Below, in pieces: positions 1 through 11,475 of a DNA stretch of 64,000 nt. A model generated the notes under the pieces. The model made no database searches and had not been told where the DNA came from. It was given only the letters and a program-made list of their open reading frames with translations. The DNA lies in assembly GCA_052033375.1 (NCBI GenBank), contig JBPOJQ010000003.1, positions 10,503 to 74,502 on the forward strand. Reading direction: 5' to 3'. The translations under genes and the position numbers were made by a program. The stretch comes from Candidatus Magasanikiibacteriota bacterium. Lineage in GTDB: Bacteria > Patescibacteriota > Patescibacteriia > Magasanikbacterales > UBA922. Every line of letters begins with the position of its first letter. Position 1 is the stretch's first letter.

Positions 1-1256
1 ACAACATCTTTTAGTACCGAAATCGGCATATCGATTTTATTCCCCTGTACTATATCAGCGTATGCCCCCATATTTTCAGATGTCACCAATACTCTTCGAG
101 GAGCTGTAAATAACGTGTCTACTTCTCCCTCCACAAATAATTTCGGGTCGAGTACTACACCCACCTTTGCACTTTCAACTGCATTTCCAATCTGAATTAA
201 TCCTTTTCCGTATGTCTCTGCATATGCAGCTTCATCTGGATTTGGTGTGTGTCGGACAGTAGACTGCAGTGTACGAACAATTTGATCGACATGCCACAGG
301 GGCTGTACACTCTTTACGAGCGCAGCAGCAGCACTCACAAAAGGCGCAGCAAATGAAGTCCCGTTCCACCCCGTTTCGTATAATTCCAAATTATTAGACG
401 AAGATGATCGAATTGGTCCGGCAATATCTACCCCCGGTGCAGTAATATCAATACATCCAGCACCAATATTTGAAAAACCTGCAAGACGACGTGTAGAGTC
501 AATCGCACTTACTCCAATGACTTCTGTATAAGGGTCGAACATATCATTACAAATCGGAAATCGAGGTGACTCATTGAGATTTTCCATCTCATTTCCTGCA
601 GCACCGACTACAATTACCCCTTTTTGATATGCGTAATTCACAGCCGATCGAACCTCTGGAACCGAACCTTTTCCCACCATGCTTATATTGATCACGTCTG
701 CACCATTATTTGCCGCGTAATATATGGCCTCGACTAATGCCTCGGGTGTGCCCAAGCCATTTTCGTCTACTACTTGTAAATTCATGAGTTTAGCACCATA
801 CGCAATACCCACACCATATTGTTTGTTATTTCCTGCGGCCCCAATAATGCCAGCCACCACCGTCGCATGATTGATTACCAAATGTTCACTATTCTCATCG
901 GTATCCGATTGTGTGTCTATTTCCGTATCTCTTTTTACAAAACTCCACCCATGTATATCATCGACATACCCATTTGCATCATCATCCCGTCCATTATTGG
1001 GCACTTCATCTGTATTTAGCCAAAGAGCATCCTTCAAATCAGGATGTTCTTCATCAAAACCATTATCAATAATTGCGACTACCACACCTGGCGCTCCTGA
1101 TGTCTGCTCCCACGCACGGTACACATCTGCTGTTGCATATGCCCATTGGAGTGCTTGAGGGTCGTTCGGAAATTGCGCAAATACCTTCTGTGTAGGCAGA
1201 AGCAACAGACCCAGAATACTCAGGATGTAGAGAGGGGTATTTCTAAGGCTTATCAT
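1..1256 (-). CDS. S8 (subtilisin-like) serine peptidase, secreted; 3' end runs off the window
   Basis: Not in the ORF track; translated by hand from ATG 1256. Signal peptide MISLRNTPLYILSILGLLLLPTQKVFA, then FPNDP, and catalytic motifs VVVAIIDNGFD (Asp), NHATVVAGIIGA (His) and NGTSFAAPFVS (Ser). Confidence 0.92.
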   Translation of the reverse strand, partial: MISLRNTPLYILSILGLLLLPTQKVFAQFPNDPQALQWAYATADVYRAWEQTSGAPGVVVAIIDNGFDEEHPDLKDALWLNTDEVPNNGRDDDANGYVDDIHGWSFVKRDTEIDTQSDTDENSEHLVINHATVVAGIIGAAGNNKQYGVGIAYGAKLMNLQVVDENGLGTPEALVEAIYYAANNGADVINISMVGKGSVPEVRSAVNYAYQKGVIVVGAAGNEMENLNESPRFPICNDMFDPYTEVIGVSAIDSTRRLAGFSNIGAGCIDITAPGVDIAGPIRSSSSNNLELYETGWNGTSFAAPFVSAAAALVKSVQPLWHVDQIVRTLQSTVRHTPNPDEAAYAETYGKGLIQIGNAVESAKVGVVLDPKLFVEGEVDTLFTAPRRVLVTSENMGAYADIVQGNKIDMPISVLKDV

Positions 1257-1327
1257 ACTCAAAAAAACACTTGTTTTTTTTCGATAAATCTGCTAAATTA
1301 TCCTTATTAGTATAACATACGCCCTCT

Positions 1328-2752
1328 GTGTTCGCAAACATCACCTTTAGTTATCGAATGAGACAAATCTTGCTTCTGCTTGCTGATTTTGCTTCCTACT
1401 ACATAGGATTTATTCTGGCACTCAGCTTGCGCACTCTCTCGTTGCCGCCCATCGAAAATCTCGTACACCACCTAGGACCTTTTACCATAGTATTCAGTCT
1501 CTGGATCATTGCAAACTATGTAAACGGCCTCTATGATCTTCGCCTAATGACACTCAATAGCAATACACGCAGAACCATTGAATCTGCGATTGTTGCTTTT
1601 CTGATTGGAATGTTTTTTTTCTATCTCGTACCAAGCGACAACATTACCCCAAAAACAATACTCTTTCTCACTACGACAATTGGATTTGGTATTGCAGCCC
1701 TGTTTCGTGCGTTTTATCTCACCTACATCGGCACACATAAACTCAAAACACGAATTTTATTCCTTGGGGTCACTGAGGAGATACAAGAGCTTATCTCGAT
1801 TGTCACCAGTCAGCCGAACCTGGGATACCACGTCTCGGTTATTATTGATCCTGATAAGCATTTCCAAAAACCACCCCATCCAGGAGTAGAGCTCTACCAT
1901 ACACTAAATACCCTCCGACCTGCGATAGACACGCAACACATTCATACCGTAGTTGTGGCACCTGATATGAGTAACAAGGACGAGGTCAAACGTGAATTAT
2001 ATGAACTCCTCTTCTGGCAAGTGCAAATCCTTGATATGACTTCTTTTTATGAGATGGTAACTGGCCGAATTCCTCCAAGCACTTTTTCTGAAAGCTGGTT
2101 CCTAAGTAATTTGCAAACAGCCGAACATCCTGTATACACCAAAGCAAAACGTGGAGTTGATATTATCTTTGGTGTTTTTTTTGGATTAATTTTTATTATA
2201 CTTTTCCCTCTACTGGCAATCGCGATCAAACTTTCATCTCCAGGCCCTATTTTTTTCAAACAACAACGCGGAGAAAGAGAGACCAATCGAATGGTTGGCG
2301 AAGGTGGAAAAATTTTTTGGATGTACAAACTTCGAACAATGTATGTTCTTGCCGAAGATGGAAGTGCAGAAACACATGGATATGAATTCGCCAAAAAAAA
2401 CGATACTCGGATTACTCCGGTTGGCACATTTTTGAGAAAAACACGACTTGATGAATTACCTCAAGCTTTCAATCTCCTCAAAGGTGAAGTGACTCTGGTT
2501 GGCCCTCGACCAGAGCGTCCTGAAATAGTTGAAAAGCTTACTCAACTTATGCCGTATTATCCACTTCGCCATATTATTAAACCAGGTATCACCGGTTGGG
2601 CAGCAATACAACAACACTATACTGATGATATTGAGTCATCTCTCAAAAAACTACAATACGACCTGTACTATATTAAAAATAAATCAGCACTTCTTGACCT
2701 CTCGATTATACTTCGCACCATTAATGTAGTACTCAGAGGAATGGGACAATAA
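1328..2752 (+). CDS. Polyprenyl-phosphate phosphoglycosyl transferase (WbaP/WcaJ-like initiating sugar transferase)
   Basis: N-terminal TM helices; C-terminal KRGVDI...YKLRTM...DTRITPVGTFLRKTRLDELPQ...LVGPRPE...KPGITGWA...YDLYY. Start may be ATG 1358. Confidence 0.93.
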   Translation: MFANITFSYRMRQILLLLADFASYYIGFILALSLRTLSLPPIENLVHHLGPFTIVFSLWIIANYVNGLYDLRLMTLNSNTRRTIESAIVAFLIGMFFFYLVPSDNITPKTILFLTTTIGFGIAALFRAFYLTYIGTHKLKTRILFLGVTEEIQELISIVTSQPNLGYHVSVIIDPDKHFQKPPHPGVELYHTLNTLRPAIDTQHIHTVVVAPDMSNKDEVKRELYELLFWQVQILDMTSFYEMVTGRIPPSTFSESWFLSNLQTAEHPVYTKAKRGVDIIFGVFFGLIFIILFPLLAIAIKLSSPGPIFFKQQRGERETNRMVGEGGKIFWMYKLRTMYVLAEDGSAETHGYEFAKKNDTRITPVGTFLRKTRLDELPQAFNLLKGEVTLVGPRPERPEIVEKLTQLMPYYPLRHIIKPGITGWAAIQQHYTDDIESSLKKLQYDLYYIKNKSALLDLSIILRTINVVLRGMGQ

Positions 2753-3075
2753 GAGTCGAAAATACACTGTTATTTAAGAAACTTTATTAGACCTGAGAGC
2801 AACTTTGAAATTTCAATAGATACAAGTATTTTCTTTGGTGAGGTGCCCTAGTAAACGCAAGGTATCATATAGACCGGACTTCTCCACATGATCCCTTTGA
2901 GACAAAAAGAAAATGGGAGAATTCTTTGTCTCCCTTTCTTTCAACACCTTTGGCAATATTTCATGATAGAGAGTGAGGCTCTCTGAATCTGATCTTTGAA
3001 ACTGTAATCTTTACAGTTCTGTACGCTATAATAAATACCGCATGTCAATCTTTTTGCTTTTTGCCATGCACTAAT

Positions 3076-3996
3076 TTATTCGATTCCCCATTCTTTTTTG
3101 AGTTCAGCAATTCCTTCTTCAAGAGAAATTGTAGGTTCCCAGCCAAGTAATTTTTTTGCCTTAGTGTTATCTGCTTGTGTAAAACGCATTTCACCAGGAA
3201 ATGATTCTACCAGCGTTGTTTCCCCGCCAATAAGCTCTGCGAGCTGATTCACCGAATATGGATGATTATTACCAATATTGATAGTTTCACCTTTTCCCAC
3301 TGTATCCTTGGTCATTGCAAGTATATTTGCCCGGACCACATCCGCCACATGCGTGTAATCTCGATAAAACTCACCATCACCACGAATCGTAAGCGGTTGA
3401 TTATTTTTTCGTTGCTGCAAAAATTTTCCAATAACCAACGCATAAGCACCCTCAGGATCAGCAAATTGTCCAAACACATTAAAATATACCAATGAGACTG
3501 TCTCTACTCTATACAATTCAGAAAATAATCGGCAATACTCCTCGCCTATAAATTTATGTAACGCATACGGAGCTAATGGTTTTTTAATCATGCTGTCCTC
3601 TTTCAGGGGATACATTTCTCTCGGTTGATCACCGTATGTTGAAGACGAGGAAGAGAATACTACACGTTTAGCTCCTGCGTCCCTCGCAGCAAGCAATACA
3701 TTGAGTGTACCATTCACATTTACATCATGGGTTTCTTGCGGGTGCTCGACTGAGTATACTACACGAGGCAGAGCTGCCATATGAAAAACCCCATCAACAC
3801 CCTTCATTTCACGAATCAATAGATCTAAGTCGCGAATATCGCCTTCGATGTATTGCACACCTTTCTGCAGACGTTCTTCTTTCCGTCCACCTGAAAAATT
3901 ATCAATTACCGTGACTAGATGTCCTATCTTTTTTAGCTCGATCACTAGATTGGTTCCAATAAATCCTGCCCCACCGGTTACGAGATAATGTGCCAT
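3076..3996 (-). CDS. NAD-dependent nucleotide-sugar epimerase/dehydratase (UDP-hexose/HexNAc 4-epimerase-like)
   Basis: VTGGAGFIG, SSSS, YALHK (YxxxK), YFNVFG, RDYTHV. Confidence 0.9.
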   Translation of the reverse strand: MAHYLVTGGAGFIGTNLVIELKKIGHLVTVIDNFSGGRKEERLQKGVQYIEGDIRDLDLLIREMKGVDGVFHMAALPRVVYSVEHPQETHDVNVNGTLNVLLAARDAGAKRVVFSSSSSTYGDQPREMYPLKEDSMIKKPLAPYALHKFIGEEYCRLFSELYRVETVSLVYFNVFGQFADPEGAYALVIGKFLQQRKNNQPLTIRGDGEFYRDYTHVADVVRANILAMTKDTVGKGETINIGNNHPYSVNQLAELIGGETTLVESFPGEMRFTQADNTKAKKLLGWEPTISLEEGIAELKKEWGIE

Positions 3997-4016
3997 ATTT
4001 TTAGGATTAGCGTTAG

Positions 4017-5426
4017 TTAGTGAGATTTCGACTGAGAAAAAAATGGAGAGCCGACCGCAATCACAGAAAAACCTGCAGCAACCAAATCTGTATATTGATG
4101 TTGGAGAATCCGTCGACCATCCATAATAAGTGGTCGATTTTTTAGAGAGAGTAATTGGTCTCCAATTCCCCTAAACTGCGGCCAATCAGTAGCGATAATA
4201 CACACGTCAATGTCAGCTATTGCCTCGCTTGCATTATTGACATACGCAATCTTTTGATACAATTCATTCTTTTCAGGATTAAAGTATTTCTTAGCTTCCC
4301 CAAGTGCTGCAGGATCATACACTTTTATTTCTCCAACCCCAGTACCAAGTAATTCATGGATAATATTAATAGCACCTGAATTTCTAATATCATTTGTTGA
4401 CTGTTTGAATGCGACACCAAGCATACCTACTCGCTTGCCCGCCCACTGCACACCCGCATCAGTCTCTGCGCGACTAAAAAAATGATTACACTGGAATGTA
4501 TTCGCATCCAGAATCTCTCGAATAAGATGTGCGTGCGACCCTGCCTGTTCGAGCTGATTTGCAAGAGATGCTGCATCTTTGATAAAACAACTTCCACCTG
4601 CGTACAGACTATTATAGAGTCCCCAGGATCCGATACGGGGATCAGTAATCAAAATTTTTCTTACAGACTCATAATTTACATTATCGAAGTATTCGCACGT
4701 TCTCCCCACTACGTCATAGGTAGTGACCACTTTATTAAACAACAAAAAATTTGCCAGTAACTTTCCACACGCAGCTTCATAGGGATTCACTTCGATATAT
4801 GCAACAGTACTCGAGTCATAAAAACGCTGATAAATTTCACGCATGATCTGAAAATCTTCGGGTGTGTGTGCTCCCACTACCACTCGATCGGGATGTATAG
4901 AATCTTTGATTGCCTTCCCTTCAACAAGAAATTCTGGATTCGAGACAATACCAAAATTTTTTACCCCCTGTTCAGTAAATAATTTTTCCGTATAATCAAT
5001 CATCTGAATAGGGACTGTACTTTTATTCACAATCACCAATCGCTTTTCCTGTGCACCTCCATTTCGTCTAGATAGTAGAGGTCCCAGGTCTTTCACCGCC
5101 TGTTCATAATATGATAGATCGGTCTCTCCTGCTGCACCATGCTTTTCAGGTGTAGGAAGACACATAAAAACTACATCGACTCCGTGCACAAATTTCTCCA
5201 CGTCTGACAGTGTATTTGTGAAGGTAATCCGTTCGTTATTTCTAATTAAAAGCTCAGAGAGACCCTCCTCGTGAAGACATGACTGAATTGCCTCTCGATT
5301 ACCGCTCGAAAGTTTTTGTATCCTTATTGGGTCAATATCATATACGAGTGTATTATGTCCTGAATCTGCTGACACAGCTGCAGAACACGTACCTACAAAC
5401 CCCCCGCCAATATACAAAATATTCAT
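4017..5426 (-). CDS. ugd: UDP-glucose/GDP-mannose dehydrogenase family (UDP-glucose 6-dehydrogenase)
   Basis: [35 protein letters not shown] catalytic Cys, GVAFK..TNDIRNS, YDP, DGR. Confidence 0.9.
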   Translation of the reverse strand: MNILYIGGGFVGTCSAAVSADSGHNTLVYDIDPIRIQKLSSGNREAIQSCLHEEGLSELLIRNNERITFTNTLSDVEKFVHGVDVVFMCLPTPEKHGAAGETDLSYYEQAVKDLGPLLSRRNGGAQEKRLVIVNKSTVPIQMIDYTEKLFTEQGVKNFGIVSNPEFLVEGKAIKDSIHPDRVVVGAHTPEDFQIMREIYQRFYDSSTVAYIEVNPYEAACGKLLANFLLFNKVVTTYDVVGRTCEYFDNVNYESVRKILITDPRIGSWGLYNSLYAGGSCFIKDAASLANQLEQAGSHAHLIREILDANTFQCNHFFSRAETDAGVQWAGKRVGMLGVAFKQSTNDIRNSGAINIIHELLGTGVGEIKVYDPAALGEAKKYFNPEKNELYQKIAYVNNASEAIADIDVCIIATDWPQFRGIGDQLLSLKNRPLIMDGRRILQHQYTDLVAAGFSVIAVGSPFFSQSKSH

Positions 5427-6361
5427 AACACTGTTCTAAAATATTCAATAGTTTCTTGTAATCCTTTGTTTATATCAATTTTTGGGGACCAATGCAAGAG
5501 CTTGCGAGCTTTAGTAATATCTGGACATCGCCGTCGCGGGTCATCAATTGGAAGCTTTTTCTCGACTATCTTGCTTTTGGAATCAGTCATTTTCTGTATC
5601 ATGGTAGCCAGCTCTTTTACGGTCTGTTCTTTTGGGTTGCCCAGATTAATAGGTCCTTGTAATTTCTTTCCCGAATTCATGAGTTTTATAAGACCATCTA
5701 CCAGGTCGCTTACATAGCAGAAACTACGTGTCTGAGTACCTTTACCGTACAAGGTAAGAGGCTTTTTTTGAAGTGCTTGGACAATAAAATTTGAAACGAC
5801 CCTTCCATCTTCTTTTGACATTCGCGGACCGTAGGTATTGAATATTCGCGCTACTTTAATCTCCATTCCATGCATGCGATGATAATCAAAAAATAAGGTT
5901 TCCGCCGCTCGTTTTCCTTCATCATAACATGCTCTCGGCCCAATCGAATTCACGTTTCCTCGATATTCTTCGGACTGTGGGTGTACTTCCGGGTCACCAT
6001 ATACTTCTGACGTAGACGCTTGAAGCACGCGCGCTTTGTGTTTTCGTGCAAAGCCTAAAACATTAATAACACCCATAGTACATGCTTTGGTTGTATGCAC
6101 TTGATTTGATTGGTAGTGAACCGGGGACGCTGGACATGCAAGATTATATACCTGATCTACTTTTTCTGTAATAAAAAAAGGGTCTACAATATCATGCTCG
6201 ATAAATTTAAAATTTTTATTTTTGAAAGCGTTCTCCAAATTTTTCTTCGAGCCGGTAAATAAATTATCAAGTCCAATCACTCGGTTCCCCTCTTTCAATA
6301 ACCGATCGGTCAAGTGTGAGCCGATAAATCCTGCAGCACCAGTAATAAGTATCGTTTTCAT
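5423..6361 (-). CDS. UDP-glucuronate decarboxylase (UDP-xylose synthase family)
   Basis: [58 protein letters not shown]. Confidence 0.95.
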   Translation of the reverse strand: MKTILITGAAGFIGSHLTDRLLKEGNRVIGLDNLFTGSKKNLENAFKNKNFKFIEHDIVDPFFITEKVDQVYNLACPASPVHYQSNQVHTTKACTMGVINVLGFARKHKARVLQASTSEVYGDPEVHPQSEEYRGNVNSIGPRACYDEGKRAAETLFFDYHRMHGMEIKVARIFNTYGPRMSKEDGRVVSNFIVQALQKKPLTLYGKGTQTRSFCYVSDLVDGLIKLMNSGKKLQGPINLGNPKEQTVKELATMIQKMTDSKSKIVEKKLPIDDPRRRCPDITKARKLLHWSPKIDINKGLQETIEYFRTVL

Positions 6362-6363
6362 AT

Positions 6364-7227
6364 TTACGTTTTTTTAAATATATTGTAGATACGTGCGATA
6401 ATCATTCGGCAGTTGATACCCAACCAAACAATTCCGTTCGTCACTACATTTGACTGTTTTGCGAAATGCTTTTGATAATATAACCACATCGCATCATAAA
6501 AATTAATAAGAGACTGCGCTTTCCGCTTCTTACTACTACTCCCACCAAGATGAATAATACGAGCCTCACTCACGTATACAATGCTCCACCCCTGATCTCC
6601 GATCCTCTTGCACCAATCCAAATCTTCTCCATAGAAAAAAAATCGTTCATCAAAACCACCTATTTTTTCAAACACTTCTCTTCGAAACATCATTCCAGCT
6701 CCGGAGATAGCCTCAACAGGTTCGGTTATATCAGGATTATCGCTCAATCTTTTATACGAGACAACATGTTTATTTTTTTTGAATATTTTTACCAGCCCAA
6801 AAAGATGAAAAAAGGCATTTTTTGGATTCGGTAAATTCCTCCGACACGCATGCTGAAATGTCATGTCCCCATTAAGCAGTTTTGGTCCTACGCACATAAC
6901 ATCTCTATGTTCATCCAAATATGCAACCAATACATTAACCGCACGATCGAGCACCACGGTGTCACTGTTCAATAAAAACATGTACTCACCTTGAGCAATT
7001 TTCATTCCCTGATTATTTGCTTTCCCAAAGCCCACATTTTCTGTGTTCTCAATTAATACTACCTGTGGAAATTCCTGCTTAATCATCTGAACACTCGCAT
7101 CTTTTGAATTATTATCAATCACGATAACTTCGTACTCAAACCCATGAGTTTCAGCAAAAATAGCACTAAGTGTCTGTCTCGTGAGATCACATGTATTCCA
7201 ATTCACTATGATAATTGAAAGTTTCAT
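6364..7227 (-). CDS. Glycosyltransferase family 2 (rhamnosyltransferase-like)
   Basis: [42 protein letters not shown]. Confidence 0.9.
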   Translation of the reverse strand: MKLSIIIVNWNTCDLTRQTLSAIFAETHGFEYEVIVIDNNSKDASVQMIKQEFPQVVLIENTENVGFGKANNQGMKIAQGEYMFLLNSDTVVLDRAVNVLVAYLDEHRDVMCVGPKLLNGDMTFQHACRRNLPNPKNAFFHLFGLVKIFKKNKHVVSYKRLSDNPDITEPVEAISGAGMMFRREVFEKIGGFDERFFFYGEDLDWCKRIGDQGWSIVYVSEARIIHLGGSSSKKRKAQSLINFYDAMWLYYQKHFAKQSNVVTNGIVWLGINCRMIIARIYNIFKKT

Positions 7228-7229
7228 AG

Positions 7230-8189
7230 TTATTCTTTTTTAATCGCACCCATCCACCGTTCGTACACCCCGAGAGGCCAACCGCACATTTTTGCCACAT
7301 CACCGAGTATAATGACTGCGGGAAGTAAACATATACCAACGAACTTATATTGTATACTCTTATTCGCAGTAAATACAATCCAGCGTTTCCAAAACTTATA
7401 GTTATATATCAATATACCGCTAATAAGTAGTGCCCACAAACCTGGGTGTACTGCCCCCACAACACACAAACCTAGTGAAAAAACATACGTACTGTACCGA
7501 ATTATTTGTCGACCAAAAAATAATTGCGCATGTCCATCACCTCTCGTATATTTGAATAGTTGCAAACAATATTGTTTGAGTGTAGGTCGTGGTCTCCACA
7601 AAACTAGCGGTTCACGTATATACGTAGTCGGTATATTACATTTTTGTATATTGAGGTCAAATACAATGTCCTCACAAATCGGCAACCACTCAGGATACCC
7701 CCCTGCTTTTTCCCATACTGTTTTTTTAAACGCTACAGATCTACTTGAGGGTAGCCAGTCGTTCCCAAACTCATGTTTAGCTGGAATTGTAGCGGCGGCG
7801 ATGAGATACACTTTGAAAGGATCGCCTTTTTTGAACCATGGATTAAATGCAGTGGTCACAAATTCCGCTTCCAACTCTACTAAAGGGGTTGTAATTTTTT
7901 CAAACCACGCTACAGAATATGTACAGCCAGCATCCGCAACTACAATATAACTTCCTCGTGCATGAGCAATTGCCACATTTCTTCCGTGTGCTATATTTCC
8001 TTTTTCCTGAAAAATACGAAGTACAGTATTATTACGTGCCTGTTCTTGGAGCCATTCCCATGTGCCATCAGTAGACCCTCCATCGACAATGATGATTTCA
8101 TCAGGTTTTTTTGATTGATTAACAAAGCTGGTAAGCCATTCAGCTATATTATTTTTCTCATTCAAAACAGTCGTTATTAACGAAATCAT
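7230..8189 (-). CDS. Glycosyltransferase family 2 with C-terminal TM segments
   Basis: TVLNE, VDGGSTDGT, GRN, DAG, GGYPE, CED. Confidence 0.88.
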   Translation of the reverse strand: MISLITTVLNEKNNIAEWLTSFVNQSKKPDEIIIVDGGSTDGTWEWLQEQARNNTVLRIFQEKGNIAHGRNVAIAHARGSYIVVADAGCTYSVAWFEKITTPLVELEAEFVTTAFNPWFKKGDPFKVYLIAAATIPAKHEFGNDWLPSSRSVAFKKTVWEKAGGYPEWLPICEDIVFDLNIQKCNIPTTYIREPLVLWRPRPTLKQYCLQLFKYTRGDGHAQLFFGRQIIRYSTYVFSLGLCVVGAVHPGLWALLISGILIYNYKFWKRWIVFTANKSIQYKFVGICLLPAVIILGDVAKMCGWPLGVYERWMGAIKKE

Positions 8190-9067
8190 ATTTTAGACTT
8201 TAGTCGCTTCAGCCACAAGCTGATTGAACCTAAACACGCTATTTCACCCATCATAACGAATTGACGTACACCTTTTTTGTATTTTTTTATAAAGATTTCT
8301 AAAGCACTCAAAAATAACTTCAACCTTTTCTCGTCATACCTCGTCTTAAAACTTCCCCCATAGACATGGAGTACGGGATCCGCATTAATAGCTTTGACTT
8401 GCCATTTAGAACGTTTCAACCGAAAACACAAATCAGTTTCCTCGAAATACATAAAATAATCTTCAGCTAATAATCCCACTTCTTCAAGTGCCTCTTTACG
8501 TAGCATACACGCAGCTCCAGTCACATAGTCAAGCTCTATCCCATCTATTGGTAGTTGCTGTGGAAATAGTGCAATACTTTTCAGTTTCTGTCTAATATTC
8601 TTTGGAAAAAAGATGGGTATGGGAATCAAATAGGTGAATACATTCATAACTGTTGGGAAATACCCACCGACTGATTGTAGCTCTCCGGTTGGATAAATTA
8701 ATTGAGGACTAAGTGCACCAATTTTTGAGTGCTCACTCATATACACATATAAATCTTCCAAGCTTTTCACCCCTGCTTCCGTATCACTATTAAGCAACCA
8801 GATGTATGGTTGCGTTGAATATTCTCTAATTGCACGATTATTTGCTCTAGCAAATCCTATATTTTCCTGATTTTCAATAGTAATTACATCTGGAAATTTC
8901 ATTTTAACTTGTTCGACTAACCCATCCTCTGAATTATTGTCAACCAAAATGACTTGCGCTGGAGTTACTGACGAATTATACAATGCCACCAAAGCTTTGT
9001 ATGTGAGCTCGGGTGTTTTGTAATTCACAATAATTACTGACACTGGGACAGTTTTTTTATTCTCCAT
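8186..9067 (-). CDS. Glycosyltransferase family 2
   Basis: SVIIVNY, VDNNSED, GFARANN, LLNSD, YFMYFEETD. Start taken at MENKK; the ORF track extends to 9088. Confidence 0.88.
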   Translation of the reverse strand: MENKKTVPVSVIIVNYKTPELTYKALVALYNSSVTPAQVILVDNNSEDGLVEQVKMKFPDVITIENQENIGFARANNRAIREYSTQPYIWLLNSDTEAGVKSLEDLYVYMSEHSKIGALSPQLIYPTGELQSVGGYFPTVMNVFTYLIPIPIFFPKNIRQKLKSIALFPQQLPIDGIELDYVTGAACMLRKEALEEVGLLAEDYFMYFEETDLCFRLKRSKWQVKAINADPVLHVYGGSFKTRYDEKRLKLFLSALEIFIKKYKKGVRQFVMMGEIACLGSISLWLKRLKSKI

Positions 9068-9926
9068 AGCGTGCAGATTTCTGTGCAATCAAAAATAATG
9101 TATCTCGAACATTGAGTGGAATTGCTCTAGATCTCAAAACAGACTTCGAACACCAGGTTGCTAATCGTGAAAAAAAATTAAATCCGGTCCAACTATACAA
9201 CAGACGAATAATATAGGGTATCGTAAACCATTTTCCATGATGAGAAACCTTAACAATACCAAGTCCTTTTTTATTCAACAAATTCTTCAAATGTGACACT
9301 CGAAAATAAAATAAGTGTTGCGGCGGCACAAATGCATGCCATCGTTTGCCCCACGCTCGCGCCCACACACTTCCAGCATCTGGCGTAGTTATAACAATCA
9401 CACCCCTATCTGTCAACATACGCGCTGCTTTTTCGAGAGTTAGTACAGGATCTTTCACATGCTCAATTAAATCATACATAACAATGACGTCAAATTTTTC
9501 TTCTGTTTCGTAGGTATCAAGGGATGCAACTGATACTTGCAAACCTTTTTTCTTTGCTTTTTCTACAGCATACTCAGACAAATCAATTCCTGAAACTGCC
9601 CACCCTCTCTCTCGTGCACGTTCCAAAAAAAATCCGGTCGCACACCCCACCTCAAACATAGTAATTTTCTGATGATCTCCAAATACCTTTGTTATTTCAT
9701 CGAGGTATCCTTCATAGGTCTTTTGTGTCACTTCTTTGTCCTGCTCATAATCCATATACCCATCAAGACTCACGTCTCCCGTAAAATAGCCCTCAGCATA
9801 GTAAGGCGCTAAATCCTCGGGCACATTTTCAACAGCCATCAGTTTACATTGCGGACATTTTTCAATACTAAATCCTTTTTTAGTGAAAAAATATTTCATT
9901 GCTCCTTCACAATTGATGCATTTCAT
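9057..9926 (-). CDS. Class I SAM-dependent methyltransferase with N-terminal Cys (Zn) motif
   Basis: CxxC...CxxC, FEVGCATG, DLIEHV, TTPD, PPQHL. Confidence 0.88.
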   Translation of the reverse strand: MKCINCEGAMKYFFTKKGFSIEKCPQCKLMAVENVPEDLAPYYAEGYFTGDVSLDGYMDYEQDKEVTQKTYEGYLDEITKVFGDHQKITMFEVGCATGFFLERARERGWAVSGIDLSEYAVEKAKKKGLQVSVASLDTYETEEKFDVIVMYDLIEHVKDPVLTLEKAARMLTDRGVIVITTPDAGSVWARAWGKRWHAFVPPQHLFYFRVSHLKNLLNKKGLGIVKVSHHGKWFTIPYIIRLLYSWTGFNFFSRLATWCSKSVLRSRAIPLNVRDTLFLIAQKSARYGE

Positions 9927-11473
9927 AATTTTTCTAACAAAAATACACTATACTTGTACGTATAACTCTCGTAGCCCAAAATTTTTTCTTTATACTTTTT
10001 TAACTCAGAATCAAGTGGTACTGAATCAAAACGATCAATAATTACAAATCCTTCAGGTATTTTACTCTCACTTCCCTGATTTGTATTTGAATCATCTGAA
10101 CTCGTAGAAAAAAACCACACACGACTATGTGCCGGGATCAGGGATGCCTCATCACCATAAATAGGAGAAATTTTTTTGAAATACTTTTCTTTATAAAATA
10201 AATATGTTCCTTCATTTAAATCACCATTAATTACGACTTTATCACCATCTTTTCCATATTCATGCACAAACTGAAATGACTCAAACGTATTAAAATAGCT
10301 TGCATTAATATAATTTTTTTTATTATAGAAATTATACAAACCAACACTTGCTACAAAAAACCAAATTAGCACACATAATTTTTCTATATTTTTTGATTTG
10401 ATATAGCGCATAGACCCGACAAGTGCCATAACAAAGAGTGGGTATGCTACAAATACATATTTCGGATATACAATAAAATTGTATCGAGGATTAAATACAT
10501 TGAGAAATATCGTATTAATACTGATCAAGGCAACCGATACACCGAGAATAAAAATATGTGATGAAGAAAGCGTCCTCTTTTTAAGAGAAAGAATTATAAT
10601 TCCCAGTATGTACAATAGAAACAAAGCACCCGGAATGAGTACTACCAAATTCCATGGGAGTATATTCTCACCAAAGAAAAAAACATACACATGGAACGCT
10701 ACGGTGAGTGCGATATGCGATACTGAATTGGCCAATAAATTATGCTTTTCAAATCCCCCATCCCCTTGGAGCAGTATCCGGTCAAGCAGTAACCACAACA
10801 TTGGTATAAAACTGAGTACAATTATTAATTGAATCTTTACCCACGACCAGATGCTGTGTTGTAATCTTTTTTTTAATACCTGGTAACAAAGATACAGACT
10901 TGTTACTCCGAATATGTATATAAAGTGCGGGTAGTCGGTAAAGCATGTAGCTATACTTGCCAGTACATAGCCTAAAATATTTTTTCTATTCCATTTTTCA
11001 TGTGTAAGTAGGTAGAAATAATAAATGGACAACAAGCTAAATAGCGCTGCAAGCGTATGATACCTTGCCATCTGTCCAATCAACACAAAATAAGAAGAGA
11101 ATGCAGTAAAAAATGCAGAGAGATATGCATATTTTTTCTCAGACCATATTGTTCGCGCAAATACGTATACCACGGCTACAATACCAAGCGCAGATGCTAT
11201 TGAAACCAAACGGATAGTCATCTCGCTCCACGGCAAAATAAATGATGTGATTGTAACTAGCAGATAATATAGTGGCGGATGGTTATCTGGAACTTTACTA
11301 TATTCAATTAAAAACTGAATTGGATTATACGTTAGATACCCCAGTACAGCTGTCTCATCCATCCAAAATGTTCGTCCAGAAGCATTACTGAATAAGAGTA
11401 CTGCTGCGCATAGAAAAATTAATATACCGTATATATGTTCCATCACCCGTTTTTTGTATTTCTGAAGCAGCAT
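9923..11473 (-). CDS. GT-C fold membrane glycosyltransferase (ArnT/PMT_2, GT39/83-like)
   Basis: FWMDE, HPPLYY, IRLVS, ARYH; many TM helices. Confidence 0.85.
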   Translation of the reverse strand: MLLQKYKKRVMEHIYGILIFLCAAVLLFSNASGRTFWMDETAVLGYLTYNPIQFLIEYSKVPDNHPPLYYLLVTITSFILPWSEMTIRLVSIASALGIVAVVYVFARTIWSEKKYAYLSAFFTAFSSYFVLIGQMARYHTLAALFSLLSIYYFYLLTHEKWNRKNILGYVLASIATCFTDYPHFIYIFGVTSLYLCYQVLKKRLQHSIWSWVKIQLIIVLSFIPMLWLLLDRILLQGDGGFEKHNLLANSVSHIALTVAFHVYVFFFGENILPWNLVVLIPGALFLLYILGIIILSLKKRTLSSSHIFILGVSVALISINTIFLNVFNPRYNFIVYPKYVFVAYPLFVMALVGSMRYIKSKNIEKLCVLIWFFVASVGLYNFYNKKNYINASYFNTFESFQFVHEYGKDGDKVVINGDLNEGTYLFYKEKYFKKISPIYGDEASLIPAHSRVWFFSTSSDDSNTNQGSESKIPEGFVIIDRFDSVPLDSELKKYKEKILGYESYTYKYSVFLLEKL

Positions 11474-11475
11474 AC

